This document shows, piece after piece, positions 39,034-49,308 of a DNA stretch of 64,000 nt. Numbering within the stretch: the stretch's first letter is position 1; the number at the start of each line of letters is the position of its first letter. The DNA comes from Chitinivibrionales bacterium (lineage in GTDB: Bacteria; Fibrobacterota; Chitinivibrionia; Chitinivibrionales; WJKA01): positions 32,001 through 96,000 of the forward strand of contig JBBRUX010000005.1 of NCBI GenBank assembly GCA_038247415.1. Direction: 5' to 3'. The position numbers and the translations under genes were made by a program. Under the pieces are notes generated by a model. That model searched no databases, was not told where the DNA came from, and was given only the letters and a program-made list of their open reading frames with translations.

Positions 39034-40434
39034 ATGATCCTGACTCTTGCCAAAAAATCAAAGAGCTCTACTTGTATAGAATTTATTACCAAAGACTCTA
39101 TAAACCCAATTCAAGATTTTGATGGCGAAGCTGGACAAATAGCAGTCCGCTACCTCGAAGCCCAAACTCTTATTTATTGTGGTTTAGGCGATGTTGCCAA
39201 GTACACAACTGCAACATTACGCCGGGCAAGTGCAGTGGGCCTTCAACGCGCAAAAAGCCTCAAAAGAACCTCGATAAGCGTTATCCCGCCAGTATGTGCT
39301 GCACAACAAGAATCTGTCGATGCCATTATCGAAGGACTCATGCTTGGCGACTACAGCTTTTCGACGTATAAACCTATCAAACCCCAATCGGCATTATCGG
39401 TAGAGCTCATTTCTAAAAGCTACACCCAAAAACGGTTAGATCGTATAATGTCAATCTGTTACGGAACAAATTATGCCCGTGCGCTAGTCAACGAAAATGC
39501 GCATATTGTAACACCAGAATATCTTGCGCATCATGCCCGCGCAATTTCGCAAAGTCAAAAATGCAGCGTAACCATTCTCGACGAAACTCAGTTGCAAGCG
39601 CAGGGGCTCAATCTTATCTGTGCTGTTGGCAGCGGATCGGCCACTCCCCCGCGGCTTATCATTCTCAAGTACACTTCTCCAAAACCTAATGCACCCACCG
39701 TTGCCATTATTGGAAAAGGAATTACCTTCGATTCGGGCGGACAAAACCTTAAGCCCACAGGCAGTATCGAAACCATGCGATGCGATATGGCAGGTGCCGC
39801 AGCAGTTCTTGGCTTTTTCTCATCAATCAACGAAATTAATCCGAGCGTAAATATTATTGGTGTTATCCCTTCTGCCCACAACGCCATCGACTCTCTTTCT
39901 TATTTTCCCGGCGATATCTATACTGCATACAATAAAAAAACCGTCGAGATCAATAACACCGACGCCGAGGGTCGCCTCGTGCTCGCCGATGCAATTTCGT
40001 ACACTATTGACAAACACAAGCCAGATGCGATTATCGATTTAGCAACCCTCACAGGCGGCATTCTTGTTGCCCTCGGAGATACCATAGCAGGCCTTTTCTG
40101 CAACAATGACGCCCTTGCAAACAAGCTTTTTACTGCAGGGGAAACAAGCGGCGAAAGACTCTGGCGGTTTCCACTCTACCCCGAATATACCGAAGCCATG
40201 AAAAGTGATTGTGCCGATTTACGCAACAGCAGTAAACTCAAAAAAGGTTGGGCTAGCTCCATAACCGGAGCCGCGTTTATTCAAGAATTTGTAGCAGGAA
40301 CGCCATGGGCACATCTGGACATTGCAGGAACTGCATTTAACGAAGGTGAAGCAAAAGGCGAAATTCCAAAATATGGTACCGGATTTGGCGTGCGACTCTT
40401 AGCACAGCACCTAGGCAACTATTTGTCTGAATAA
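39034..40434 (+). CDS. pepA: Leucyl aminopeptidase (M17)
   Basis: GKGITFDSGG, M.CDMAGAA, NTDAEGRL.LAD, DLATLTG, WAHLDIAG. Confidence 0.93.
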   Translation: MILTLAKKSKSSTCIEFITKDSINPIQDFDGEAGQIAVRYLEAQTLIYCGLGDVAKYTTATLRRASAVGLQRAKSLKRTSISVIPPVCAAQQESVDAIIEGLMLGDYSFSTYKPIKPQSALSVELISKSYTQKRLDRIMSICYGTNYARALVNENAHIVTPEYLAHHARAISQSQKCSVTILDETQLQAQGLNLICAVGSGSATPPRLIILKYTSPKPNAPTVAIIGKGITFDSGGQNLKPTGSIETMRCDMAGAAAVLGFFSSINEINPSVNIIGVIPSAHNAIDSLSYFPGDIYTAYNKKTVEINNTDAEGRLVLADAISYTIDKHKPDAIIDLATLTGGILVALGDTIAGLFCNNDALANKLFTAGETSGERLWRFPLYPEYTEAMKSDCADLRNSSKLKKGWASSITGAAFIQEFVAGTPWAHLDIAGTAFNEGEAKGEIPKYGTGFGVRLLAQHLGNYLSE

Positions 40435-40464
40435 GTTTTAATCTTATAAGAAGGGACAACGACT

Positions 40465-41076
40465 ATGACCATTGAAACTATTGGCGGGATCCATCCCTTT
40501 GATGCCATTGTTGTTATTGGCGCGATTATTTTTTTGATCCTTGGCATTAAACGTGGTCTCATAGAAGAATTATTTAGGCTCGCTGGTATTATTGGCGGTT
40601 TCCTTATTGCTGTCAGATTTAACCACGATCTCTCCCCAGCTCTTAACTTTATCAAAGTCCCCGAAAATACTCTTAATGCAATTGCATTTGGCATCATCTT
40701 TATTGTTGCAGTAATTGTAATCATCGCCTTTGGATGGCTCTTTAAAAAGGTTGTTCATTTAACGCCTGCAGCCTGGGCCGATTGGCTATTTGGAGGGGTT
40801 TTTGGTATTGTCAAGGTTCTCTTTATAGCCTGGATATTTGTTCTCTCGGTAGAATCTTCACCTTTTCGCAGTATCAAAATCCAATTTGACCGATCTAAGC
40901 TCTATCCGATTCTTGCTTCTATACCAGTCAAGTTCAAGGTTCCATTCATTGAAATGGGCAAACAAACCATTATTCATCAATCGTCTCGGATTATATCTGA
41001 ACCCTCCTCTAAAGCACCTCTTATCAGAGAAGGCGTCAAGCGAATTCCTCCTCAACGCAAAAGTTCATTACCATGA
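40465..41076 (+). CDS. cvpA: CvpA family membrane protein
   Basis: D.....GIKRGLIEE N-terminus, DWLFGGVFG; four TM segments. Confidence 0.8.
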   Translation: MTIETIGGIHPFDAIVVIGAIIFLILGIKRGLIEELFRLAGIIGGFLIAVRFNHDLSPALNFIKVPENTLNAIAFGIIFIVAVIVIIAFGWLFKKVVHLTPAAWADWLFGGVFGIVKVLFIAWIFVLSVESSPFRSIKIQFDRSKLYPILASIPVKFKVPFIEMGKQTIIHQSSRIISEPSSKAPLIREGVKRIPPQRKSSLP

Positions 41077-41879
41077 TTCTTTTTTTTGGAGCACTGTTCG
41101 GCCTTCTTCTCGGATCATTTTTTAATGTGCTTATTTACCGTATTCCACGCAATGAATCAATTGCATTTCCCGCATCACATTGCCCGCAGTGCAAAAAAAC
41201 GCTTAAACCCTGGCATAACATTCCTCTTGTAAGCTACCTCTTTCTCTTTGGGAAATGTTCTTATTGTAAAAAAACAATTAGCATCCGCTACCCACTACTA
41301 GAAGCACTCACAGGGATTCTCTGCGCGCTTTTATGCGCGTTCTATCTTGTTCCTAACATACTCTTGCATCAGGGTCTTTTTAGTATACTTGTATTCGGAA
41401 TTAAGGCGCTCATTCTTCTTCTGCTGATACCCATTGCAATTATCGATTATGATCATCTCATAATACCCGATAGGTTTTCGATCGGCTCCATCGCAGCGGG
41501 GATAATTCTTGCATTACTTCCTTCTGGCATTGGCATTATTCAATCACTACTGGGTCTGGTTGCTGGAGGGGGAACTCTTTTACTAATAGGAATGCTTGGC
41601 AAGGTGCTCTTCAAGAAGGATAGTATGGGCATGGGCGATATTAAGCTTATGGCAGGATTTGGTGCGCTTTTTGGTCCATCCATTGCCTTCTATGGCATAA
41701 TGTTTGGCTCGGTCATTGGAGCTATCGTCGGGGTAATTCTTATTGTGTCAGGCCTGCTTAAACGAGGCGTTGTTATCCCTTTTGGGCCTTTTCTTGCAAT
41801 GGGAATTTGGGTGGGTGTTTTCTTTGGGGATACCATACTGCAATCGTACACAAGCTTTCTCAATTCCCTCATTCGCTAA
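41073..41879 (+). CDS. pilD: Prepilin peptidase/N-methyltransferase
   Basis: GSFFNVLIYRIP, SHCPQC, NIP...GKCSYC, ID....IIPD, MGMGDIKL, IPFGPFL. Confidence 0.93.
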   Translation: MILFFGALFGLLLGSFFNVLIYRIPRNESIAFPASHCPQCKKTLKPWHNIPLVSYLFLFGKCSYCKKTISIRYPLLEALTGILCALLCAFYLVPNILLHQGLFSILVFGIKALILLLLIPIAIIDYDHLIIPDRFSIGSIAAGIILALLPSGIGIIQSLLGLVAGGGTLLLIGMLGKVLFKKDSMGMGDIKLMAGFGALFGPSIAFYGIMFGSVIGAIVGVILIVSGLLKRGVVIPFGPFLAMGIWVGVFFGDTILQSYTSFLNSLIR

Positions 41880-41996
41880 TATGCTCTCGTATAGCAGTGC
41901 GTTTGAGCTCCTTTGAAGCTTTTGGAAGATTCACCAACCTGCTAGACAGATACAATTTCTAAGGTGATAAATTCTTACCGCCCTGTATCACTTATT

Positions 41997-43124
41997 TTAG
42001 GAAGCTCTCCGTTGAAACGAACTAAGCGCTATCCAAAAAACAGCTATGCCAATAAAAAGCATGGCAAGTCCTTCACGCCACAAATCAACAAACGTTGCTC
42101 CTTTAAGTAAAATCGATCTCACGATAAACATAAAAAAGCGCACTGGATTTGCAGCAGTTACAATCTGAACCCACCCCGGCATATTTTCAATCGGGATAAA
42201 AAAGCCTGAAAGCATTATAAAAAAGATTAAAATGAACCACAGCAAAAAAAGGACTTGTTGACTTGTACGAGCAATCATGGAAGCCAATATACCAATACCC
42301 AAAGACGACATCATATAGAATATCGCAAATACAAAAAGTGCCACCGGATCACCTTTAAACGGTATACGAAACCATAAGAGCGAAACCGCAAAAAATGCAA
42401 CAATTTCAATCACGCCGATTATAACAAACGGTATAATTTTTCCCACGACGAGCTGAATTGGCGTAATGGGAGTAACCAGAAGCTGTTCAAAGGTCCCTTT
42501 TTCTTTTTCTTTAACTATAGAGAGTCCGGTTAAAAGCCCTGTAATAAGCGCAACTAAAATCACCACGAGCGCAGGAATCATGTACCATGTAGAATCCAGA
42601 CGCGGGTTAAACATTACCACAGGAGACACTTTTATAGGAATCTGACTTTCAATATTCATACCTTGAGATTTTAAAATCAATGCTACCCTATCGAGCGAAA
42701 AACGGGAGAGCACAGAATTCATGTATCCTACTGCTACTTGAGAGCTATTCGCATCTTCCCCATCGATGCGTAAATAAACCGAAGAAGATTTATTATTGCT
42801 TATTTTCAAACCAAAATCAGGTGGAATAACAAGACCCACTCGAATCTCTCCCTTATCAAGCATAGTAGTTATGTGGCGTTCATCCGTTGTTAGTCCTACA
42901 AAACGGAAAAGCTCGTTATACTTGAGATGCGTAATTAAATCGCGACTAACCGGAGTATTGCTGTAATCCACAACGGCAATAGGGGTATTTTTAACATCGG
43001 TTGTTATCGCATATCCTATAACAAAGAGCTGCACAAGAACCGGAAAAAATATGAGCCTCACCATGAGCGGATCCGCTTTAATATGAGCAAACTCTTTCCA
43101 AATAAGAGTAAATATGCTTCTCAT
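41997..43124 (-). CDS. ABC-2 transporter permease (YbhR-like)
   Basis: KEF N-terminus, FNP, SIVKEKEKGTFEQLLVTP, SGFFIPIENMP. Confidence 0.9.
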   Translation of the reverse strand: MRSIFTLIWKEFAHIKADPLMVRLIFFPVLVQLFVIGYAITTDVKNTPIAVVDYSNTPVSRDLITHLKYNELFRFVGLTTDERHITTMLDKGEIRVGLVIPPDFGLKISNNKSSSVYLRIDGEDANSSQVAVGYMNSVLSRFSLDRVALILKSQGMNIESQIPIKVSPVVMFNPRLDSTWYMIPALVVILVALITGLLTGLSIVKEKEKGTFEQLLVTPITPIQLVVGKIIPFVIIGVIEIVAFFAVSLLWFRIPFKGDPVALFVFAIFYMMSSLGIGILASMIARTSQQVLFLLWFILIFFIMLSGFFIPIENMPGWVQIVTAANPVRFFMFIVRSILLKGATFVDLWREGLAMLFIGIAVFWIALSSFQRRAS

Positions 43125-44245
43125 AATTTAGCCTTGAGGTTACGAATCGATAGTATTAAAAACAAAAATCCCATCCCCGACAAAATGCACAAAGGCTGCC
43201 ATAGTTCAACTATCCCTACACCTTTGAGCATAATACCACGTATAAGCAGCAAAAAGTACGTGGCTGGCATTATATTGGCAAGCCATTGCAAAGCCTGGGG
43301 CATACTTGCAATTGGAAATATGAATCCCGAGAGCATTATCGTAGAAAGCATCGTAATAGGTATTACTAAGAGCATTGCCTGTTGCTGGGTTTTTGCCACA
43401 GTGCTAAAAATGAGACCCAAGGCAAGAGACACCAAAATGTAAACAAGACACGAAAGAATCAAAAACGCATAATTTCCAGCGCACGAAACCCCAAACCACA
43501 CTTGTCCCACAAAAAGCATTAAACCTCCGTCAATTGCCGCAATGGCAACATATGCAAGGATTTTTCCAATAATAATTTCTATTGGTTTTAAGGGCGAAAT
43601 AAGAAGTTGTTCGAGAGTGCCAAGCTCTTTTTCGCGGGTAAGCGTTAGCGAGGTAAGCATGGCCGGTATCATGATCAGAATAATTGCCATTAGTCCGGGA
43701 ACAAAAAAGAGTGAGCTTTTCTGTTCGGGATTATACAAAACATCGGGAACAACATTGATCGAAGCTTGTGGTTTTATTCCTAATATTCCAAACGCGGCCT
43801 TTTGCATCAGAGGTTCAGCAAGATTACGAATAAGGGTTCCTTGATTAGGATCGGTTCCATCAATAAGAACCTGAATTGGCGCTGGAGTCCCTCCATTGCG
43901 TACGTCTTTATCAAAATCGGGCGCAAACCGAAAGATTGCCTTGACATGCCAGGTTTTAAACACTTCTTCTACGTTATTTGCAGAATACACATACCCCAAC
44001 ACTTTAAAAGTTTGCGAAGCATCAATGTTACGACCGATATCTCGCACCACACTGCTCCCGCTTGGATCTTCGATAAGCACCGGTAAATCTGAAATATCAA
44101 GAGTTAGTGCATAGCCATACAAGAACATCATGAGGACTGGAAGCGCAATTATAATAATCAGCGTCTGCCAATCTCGCATAATATGCCATGTTTCTTTTAT
44201 GACAAGGGCACGTATACGCAAAGGAGAAATAGAGTGAGAATTCAT
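43121..44245 (-). CDS. ABC-2 transporter permease (YbhS-like)
   Basis: KETWHIMRD, YNP, REKELGTLEQLLISP, SGFIFPIASMP. Confidence 0.9.
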   Translation of the reverse strand: MNSHSISPLRIRALVIKETWHIMRDWQTLIIIIALPVLMMFLYGYALTLDISDLPVLIEDPSGSSVVRDIGRNIDASQTFKVLGYVYSANNVEEVFKTWHVKAIFRFAPDFDKDVRNGGTPAPIQVLIDGTDPNQGTLIRNLAEPLMQKAAFGILGIKPQASINVVPDVLYNPEQKSSLFFVPGLMAIILIMIPAMLTSLTLTREKELGTLEQLLISPLKPIEIIIGKILAYVAIAAIDGGLMLFVGQVWFGVSCAGNYAFLILSCLVYILVSLALGLIFSTVAKTQQQAMLLVIPITMLSTIMLSGFIFPIASMPQALQWLANIMPATYFLLLIRGIMLKGVGIVELWQPLCILSGMGFLFLILSIRNLKAKL

Positions 44246-44976
44246 ACTCTCCCCACACCAACTAATTTAATAAAAACATCATTAAGCGAATCGCATTCAA
44301 GCTTTTTTTTAAGCTCACGAGGCGTTCCCAACGCAGCAATTTTTCCATCTATCATTATTGATAAGCGAGTACAATATTCTGCTTCATCCATATGATGCGT
44401 TGTAATAAAAACAGTTGTTCCTTGTGCGGCGAGATTCCCAAGCAGATCCCAAAAATTACGACGGCTAACCGGATCTACAGAACCCGTTGGTTCATCGAGA
44501 AACAAAATAGAGGGCTCATGGAGCAAGGCACACGCAAGGGAAAGTCTTTGCTGCCAGCCCCATGGAACATCATTGGTAATGCGCCCAAGCAACTTTGACA
44601 AATCTAAAAAATGTGCCAATTTTTGTATTCGCTTCTGCAAAGTAGCACGAGGAACCCCATAGAGCGCGCCATAAATTTGCATATTTTGTAAAATGGTTAA
44701 ATCGGTATACAAACTAAACTTTTGCGACATATAGCCAATGCGCGATCGAATTTTATCAGACTCACGCATAATATCGAAGCCTGCAACCTGTCCCGATCCC
44801 GAGCTAGGCATGAGCAAACCGCATATCATTCGAATTGCGGTAGTTTTACCCGCACCATTCGCTCCCAAAAAACCAAAGATCTCCCCTTGAGCAACCGACA
44901 CATTAATGTGATCTACCGCAACATAGCTGCCAAACAACTTGGTAAGATTTTGAGTTTCTATTGTTAATGGCGCCAT
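44242..44976 (-). CDS. ABC transporter ATP-binding protein
   Basis: GANGAGKTT, YMSQKFSLY, degenerate signature VPWGWQQR, LDEPT, THH. Confidence 0.92.
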   Translation of the reverse strand: MAPLTIETQNLTKLFGSYVAVDHINVSVAQGEIFGFLGANGAGKTTAIRMICGLLMPSSGSGQVAGFDIMRESDKIRSRIGYMSQKFSLYTDLTILQNMQIYGALYGVPRATLQKRIQKLAHFLDLSKLLGRITNDVPWGWQQRLSLACALLHEPSILFLDEPTGSVDPVSRRNFWDLLGNLAAQGTTVFITTHHMDEAEYCTRLSIMIDGKIAALGTPRELKKKLECDSLNDVFIKLVGVGRV

Positions 44977-44978
44977 AC

Positions 44979-45905
44979 TTAGCCTACCATTTCCCCTTCA
45001 GAAACAAGGGCAAAAAACAAATCTTCGATGCTTGGTTCAAGAGGTTCGATATGAGCATCGAGGGGCACTATTTTTCGAATAAGGAGTTCCGGATCCGCAA
45101 CATGAGGAGATACCCCAATATGAATACATCCTCCCACAGGATACGCTCGTTCTATGCCATGAGGCAACTCAACCGATTTTGATAGCGTCAAGGAACGCTC
45201 TGCACACTCTGCTTTAAAAATTTTATAGGGATACTGTTGACGCAAGAACGTAGGCGTACCAGAAAGCAGAACAACTCCTTTATGAAGCAATGCCAGTTCA
45301 TCACAATATTCAGCTTCATCCATATAAGGAGTAGACACTACTATAGTTATACCATCGCGCTTAAGCTCCGATAAAATAGTCCAAAACTCTTTGCGTGAAA
45401 CAGGATCGACTCCTGTTGTAGGTTCGTCAAGGATAAGAATTTGGGGAGTATGTATGAGGGCGCACGAAAGCGCTAATTTTTGCTTCATCCCTCCCGAAAG
45501 ATTTTTTGCTTTACGATCTACAAAAGAAGATAGTCTCGAAAATGTCAAGAGTCTTGAAATGCGACTCGCGCGTTCTGTACCATACACCCCAAAAATATCA
45601 GCAAAAAAATGCATGTTTTCGCCAACACTTAAATCTTCGTAAAGCGAAAATTTTTGCGGCATATATCCGATAATGCTTCTAATGGTGCGCATCTGAGAAT
45701 CGATTGGATAACCGCCAACCTCTGCGTATCCGCTATCGGGATCGATAAGCGTCGTAAGAACCCGCATGAGCGTTGTCTTCCCGGCCCCATCGGCACCAAT
45801 AAGACCAAACATCGATCCCTTTTGTACCGAAAAAGATAAACCAGCAAGGGCATGGATATCTGCATAGTTTTTGCAGATATCGCGTACTACGAGAGCTTCA
45901 TTCAT
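44979..45905 (-). CDS. ABC transporter ATP-binding protein
   Basis: GADGAGKTT, LSGGMKQK, LDEPTTGVDP; with the next gene it forms a split YbhF-like ATPase. Confidence 0.92.
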   Translation of the reverse strand: MNEALVVRDICKNYADIHALAGLSFSVQKGSMFGLIGADGAGKTTLMRVLTTLIDPDSGYAEVGGYPIDSQMRTIRSIIGYMPQKFSLYEDLSVGENMHFFADIFGVYGTERASRISRLLTFSRLSSFVDRKAKNLSGGMKQKLALSCALIHTPQILILDEPTTGVDPVSRKEFWTILSELKRDGITIVVSTPYMDEAEYCDELALLHKGVVLLSGTPTFLRQQYPYKIFKAECAERSLTLSKSVELPHGIERAYPVGGCIHIGVSPHVADPELLIRKIVPLDAHIEPLEPSIEDLFFALVSEGEMVG

Positions 45906-45911
45906 GGAGTA

Positions 45912-46817
45912 TTAACGCCATACTTCTACCGGCAGGCCACGTTTAAGCAGTAATGCTGGGTTTGCAGCTAAAGCCCTCACCTTGAACACGAGTTCATTGC
46001 GAGACTGCCGCGTTTGAATGTTTTTAGGCGAAAATTCGGCATCATTGCTGATCCAGACAATGGTTGCAGGAACAAACTGCCCAGCACCATCCTGATTGTC
46101 AATTCTAATTCTAACACCGAGACCAGGTTTAAGTTGCGCAAGCAACGTTTGAGGTACAAAAAAATCAACTTGAACAGTGTCATATTTGCCAAGCTCATAA
46201 ATTGGCTGTCCTGGCAGCGAGATTTCGCCGACTCGTTTGAAGGTACTGATGACAAGCCCATTTTTAATTGCCTTTACAACGCAACGACGAATTTGATCCT
46301 CTAATGTTGCTCGTTGTGCATCGATCGCATCTTTTTGTGCCAAAAGTGCTGCTGCCGACAATTGAGAAGATTTCATCTTTAGAAAAGCTGATTCATAGGT
46401 AGTTTTAAGGGCATCTTTCTGTTGACTTGGCGCAGAACCTTTATCAACAAGTCCGCCAATTCTATCAAACTCCCTTTTTGCACCCGACAAATCGGCTTCT
46501 CCCGACGATAACCCCGCTCGTGAAGCAGCTATGTGTGCTGCCAATTGCTCGGCTGTAGCAGCAAGTTCTGCACGTTTTAAATGAAAAGGAATAGTATCGA
46601 TAACCGCAATAATTTCGCCAGCCACAACAGGCTCGCCCTCTTCTTTGTTAACCATAATGAGTGGGCCAGACACTGTTGTTGCAGCTTGTGTTGTTTGTAT
46701 TTCTACCACAGCAGAACCAAGAAAATCTTTTGAAATTTTGCCAGAACATCCGATATATCCTGCAATAAATGCCGTTACTGCAAGAATCTGAGCTGCTTTT
46801 TTTCCTGCCATTTGCAT
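45912..46817 (-). CDS. HlyD/YbhG-type membrane fusion lipoprotein
   Basis: Lipobox-like YIGC, coiled-coil hairpin, AEFSPKNIQT, LKRGLP; RBS GAGG before ATG 46817. Confidence 0.88.
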   Translation of the reverse strand: MQMAGKKAAQILAVTAFIAGYIGCSGKISKDFLGSAVVEIQTTQAATTVSGPLIMVNKEEGEPVVAGEIIAVIDTIPFHLKRAELAATAEQLAAHIAASRAGLSSGEADLSGAKREFDRIGGLVDKGSAPSQQKDALKTTYESAFLKMKSSQLSAAALLAQKDAIDAQRATLEDQIRRCVVKAIKNGLVISTFKRVGEISLPGQPIYELGKYDTVQVDFFVPQTLLAQLKPGLGVRIRIDNQDGAGQFVPATIVWISNDAEFSPKNIQTRQSRNELVFKVRALAANPALLLKRGLPVEVWR

Positions 46818-46867
46818 ATACACCTCGTTACGATAAATATTCTTATTCTCTACCTTAAAACTCATGC

Positions 46868-48208
46868 TTAAAATTCTAATCTTCGTCCTGCCGTAAAGTA
46901 AATCTGGAGAACAACCATTTTTTGCGCAAGGAGAAGGACATCAAGTGAAGCTGACGATTTCAATACATTTATAAGTGCCGCTTGCAAATCGGTTTCGGTA
47001 ATAAGCCCAGCATCAAAAGAGTTTTTTGCATCTGCAGCTACTGCCGCATAGGCATCGTATACAGTTTGTGCAGCAACGCGTTGCTTCTCACCTTTTTTAA
47101 ATTGGCTCTTTAGCTGAACCAGATTTTTTTGAGCAGTTTGATACATATTCATTCTGGTTGTTTTTACAATATCTTCATTTTGTCGTGTTTGTTCTCGCTG
47201 AGATTTGACTTTAAAACCATCAAAAATAGTAAAGCGCAATTGCGCACCAAGCATTCCATAGGCCATAAAAACCGTATCATTTAAAGCTAAGCCTGGATTG
47301 GCAATTCTAAACCCACCGGTCAAAATCAAATTGGGATAGTGCTGACCAGACTGAACTTTTTCAAGTGCTCCAAATTGAGATGCTGCAATAGATAATGCAT
47401 AAAGATCGGGTTTGAGCGTATCAACAGCCACGTTCAGTGGATCTCCCCAGCTCGAATCAAATGAAGAGGCAATTGGCTCACAAGTAGAGTCTTTTATTCC
47501 TGCTATTTGCATGATTTCCTGCTGTATTGAATCGGCAGAATTAACAAAAGAAACTAACTCATAGTTGCTTTGCGCAACTTTTGCAGAAGCCTCAAGAAGT
47601 CGCGAACGAGAAGCAATACCGCTCTCTTTTTGATTCTGTAAATTTTGATAAACCCGTTCGTGTTGTTGAATAAACCGTTTTTGAGTTTTGGCTTGCAAGC
47701 GAGCTATTTCCCATTGAAGGTAGAGCATCCCGAGTTTGAACGAAAGCACATTTTCAAGTTGTGTGATCTGGGTTTCTTTGAGGGAACTGCCCAGCGCGCG
47801 ATATTGAAGATTAAACTTATTAACAATTGCTTGAGTGAGCGGATAGGCTACATCAATACCAACATCTGCACGGTCATTATCCCCAAGTTTCACAGTTTTC
47901 GTTTTCCCAGTGGGCATAAGTATAAATGTATCAAGCGTAGGAAGATATTTTATAGCCGATTCCATTTGAATCATACGATTTCGCTCGGAAAAGTATGCAT
48001 ACGATCCCACGAGATCGACCGTGGGGTACAATAGAGCGCGAGCTTCCGATTCTGCGTTCCTGCTTTTCCCCAATTCCTGAGTAGCAATCGAAATATCAAG
48101 ATTCTTTTCTAACATGTGCGTTTGTAAATCACCAAGCGAAATGGGTTTACAAAACCCATACATTATTGTGCAAAAAAACAGAATGCACCCAAACAATCGG
48201 CGATTCAT
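46868..48208 (-). CDS. TolC-family outer membrane efflux protein
   Basis: Signal peptide, two repeats with YP + beta strands, IFDGF, helical hairpins; operon context. Confidence 0.82.
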   Translation of the reverse strand: MNRRLFGCILFFCTIMYGFCKPISLGDLQTHMLEKNLDISIATQELGKSRNAESEARALLYPTVDLVGSYAYFSERNRMIQMESAIKYLPTLDTFILMPTGKTKTVKLGDNDRADVGIDVAYPLTQAIVNKFNLQYRALGSSLKETQITQLENVLSFKLGMLYLQWEIARLQAKTQKRFIQQHERVYQNLQNQKESGIASRSRLLEASAKVAQSNYELVSFVNSADSIQQEIMQIAGIKDSTCEPIASSFDSSWGDPLNVAVDTLKPDLYALSIAASQFGALEKVQSGQHYPNLILTGGFRIANPGLALNDTVFMAYGMLGAQLRFTIFDGFKVKSQREQTRQNEDIVKTTRMNMYQTAQKNLVQLKSQFKKGEKQRVAAQTVYDAYAAVAADAKNSFDAGLITETDLQAALINVLKSSASLDVLLLAQKMVVLQIYFTAGRRLEF

Positions 48209-48867
48209 ACATGCTCCTTAAAAAGCAAACCATCGGTAATCATATCCACAATATGTCGAATACGAATTTGGTAAAATGATTCATCAAATTCCAGAGTATT
48301 TCCATTCATTTTTTTATGCACAACCCCAAGAAATGGCTGGACAATAAACGATGCTGCGCACATACCCACAATATTGATAATAACATGAGTAGGATCGCAG
48401 GGAAGTATTTTTTTTTCGGCAATGGCTTTACTAATTGCAGTAAAAATGATACCAGGAAAATGTTCGTTAGAAATAGGTATTTCCTCAAGGATATGAGCCA
48501 GAGCCTTACCGCCATCAGCCAAGTCCCGCAACATCATCCGAATAACCGTAGGATTCTCTCGCAACATGCCAATGTAGACAACTACAATGCCTTCTACAAG
48601 GGATCTAAAGTCTTTTGCAGAACGAATGCGCTGTTCTTGAGAAAAAAAACTTGTCCAAATTATTTGAACAACATCGTGAATTGCGGCTTCATACAAGTTG
48701 CTTTTGGTACGAAAATAGTAGTGAATTAAAGCTTTGTTTACATTGGCCCGAAGAGCAATTTCTTGAATGCGCGCCCCAGCTTGACCTTTAGCAACAAACT
48801 CATCTCGCGCAGCTGCAAGAATGCGTTTTTCGGTGGAGGCATCAATTGGCTTATCAACAGTCTTCAT
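48205..48867 (-). CDS. TetR/AcrR family transcriptional regulator
   Basis: ILAAARDEF...G..GARIQEIA..ANVNKALIHYYFRTK. Confidence 0.92.
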   Translation of the reverse strand: MKTVDKPIDASTEKRILAAARDEFVAKGQAGARIQEIALRANVNKALIHYYFRTKSNLYEAAIHDVVQIIWTSFFSQEQRIRSAKDFRSLVEGIVVVYIGMLRENPTVIRMMLRDLADGGKALAHILEEIPISNEHFPGIIFTAISKAIAEKKILPCDPTHVIINIVGMCAASFIVQPFLGVVHKKMNGNTLEFDESFYQIRIRHIVDMITDGLLFKEHV

Positions 48868-48981
48868 AAAAACTAACCATCTGTTTTAACTAAACGTTTT
48901 AACCATATGACTAAATATAGTTATACTCTTATAAAAATGCAAATCCCGAGCAGATTACAACAAATATTCCAGATGCCTCAA

Positions 48982-49242
48982 TGCCCAGAAATTGGAACTG
49001 CAGATCAGGGAACAACGGTAGAAGAAGCGTGGCAAATCTTAAGGAAGCGACAGAACTTTATCTTAAAGAATTTCCTACCCCGCACGTAGAACGCACTTTT
49101 ATGACAACCTTTGAAAAAAATTACAATTGATGGCGCTGTCGGTTGTGTTGTCCCGATGCACAAAGAAATAGCAACAGGGACTCTTCACAGTATACTCAAG
49201 CTAGCACAGATCACTCAAGCAGAGTTCCAAGAACATCTTTGA
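48982..49242 (+). pseudogene. Degraded hicB-hicA toxin-antitoxin pair
   Basis: CPEIGTADQGTTVEEA, then after a 1-nt deletion LANLKEATELYLKEF (HicB); followed by GCVVPMHKEIATGTLHSILKLAQIT (HicA C-terminal half). Confidence 0.78.
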
Positions 49243-49308
49243 GTTGACAACAAACAACATATTTTCCTAAGCAAGCAATGCCTTAGAACAAAGTTGCCTC
49301 GCGCTCCC

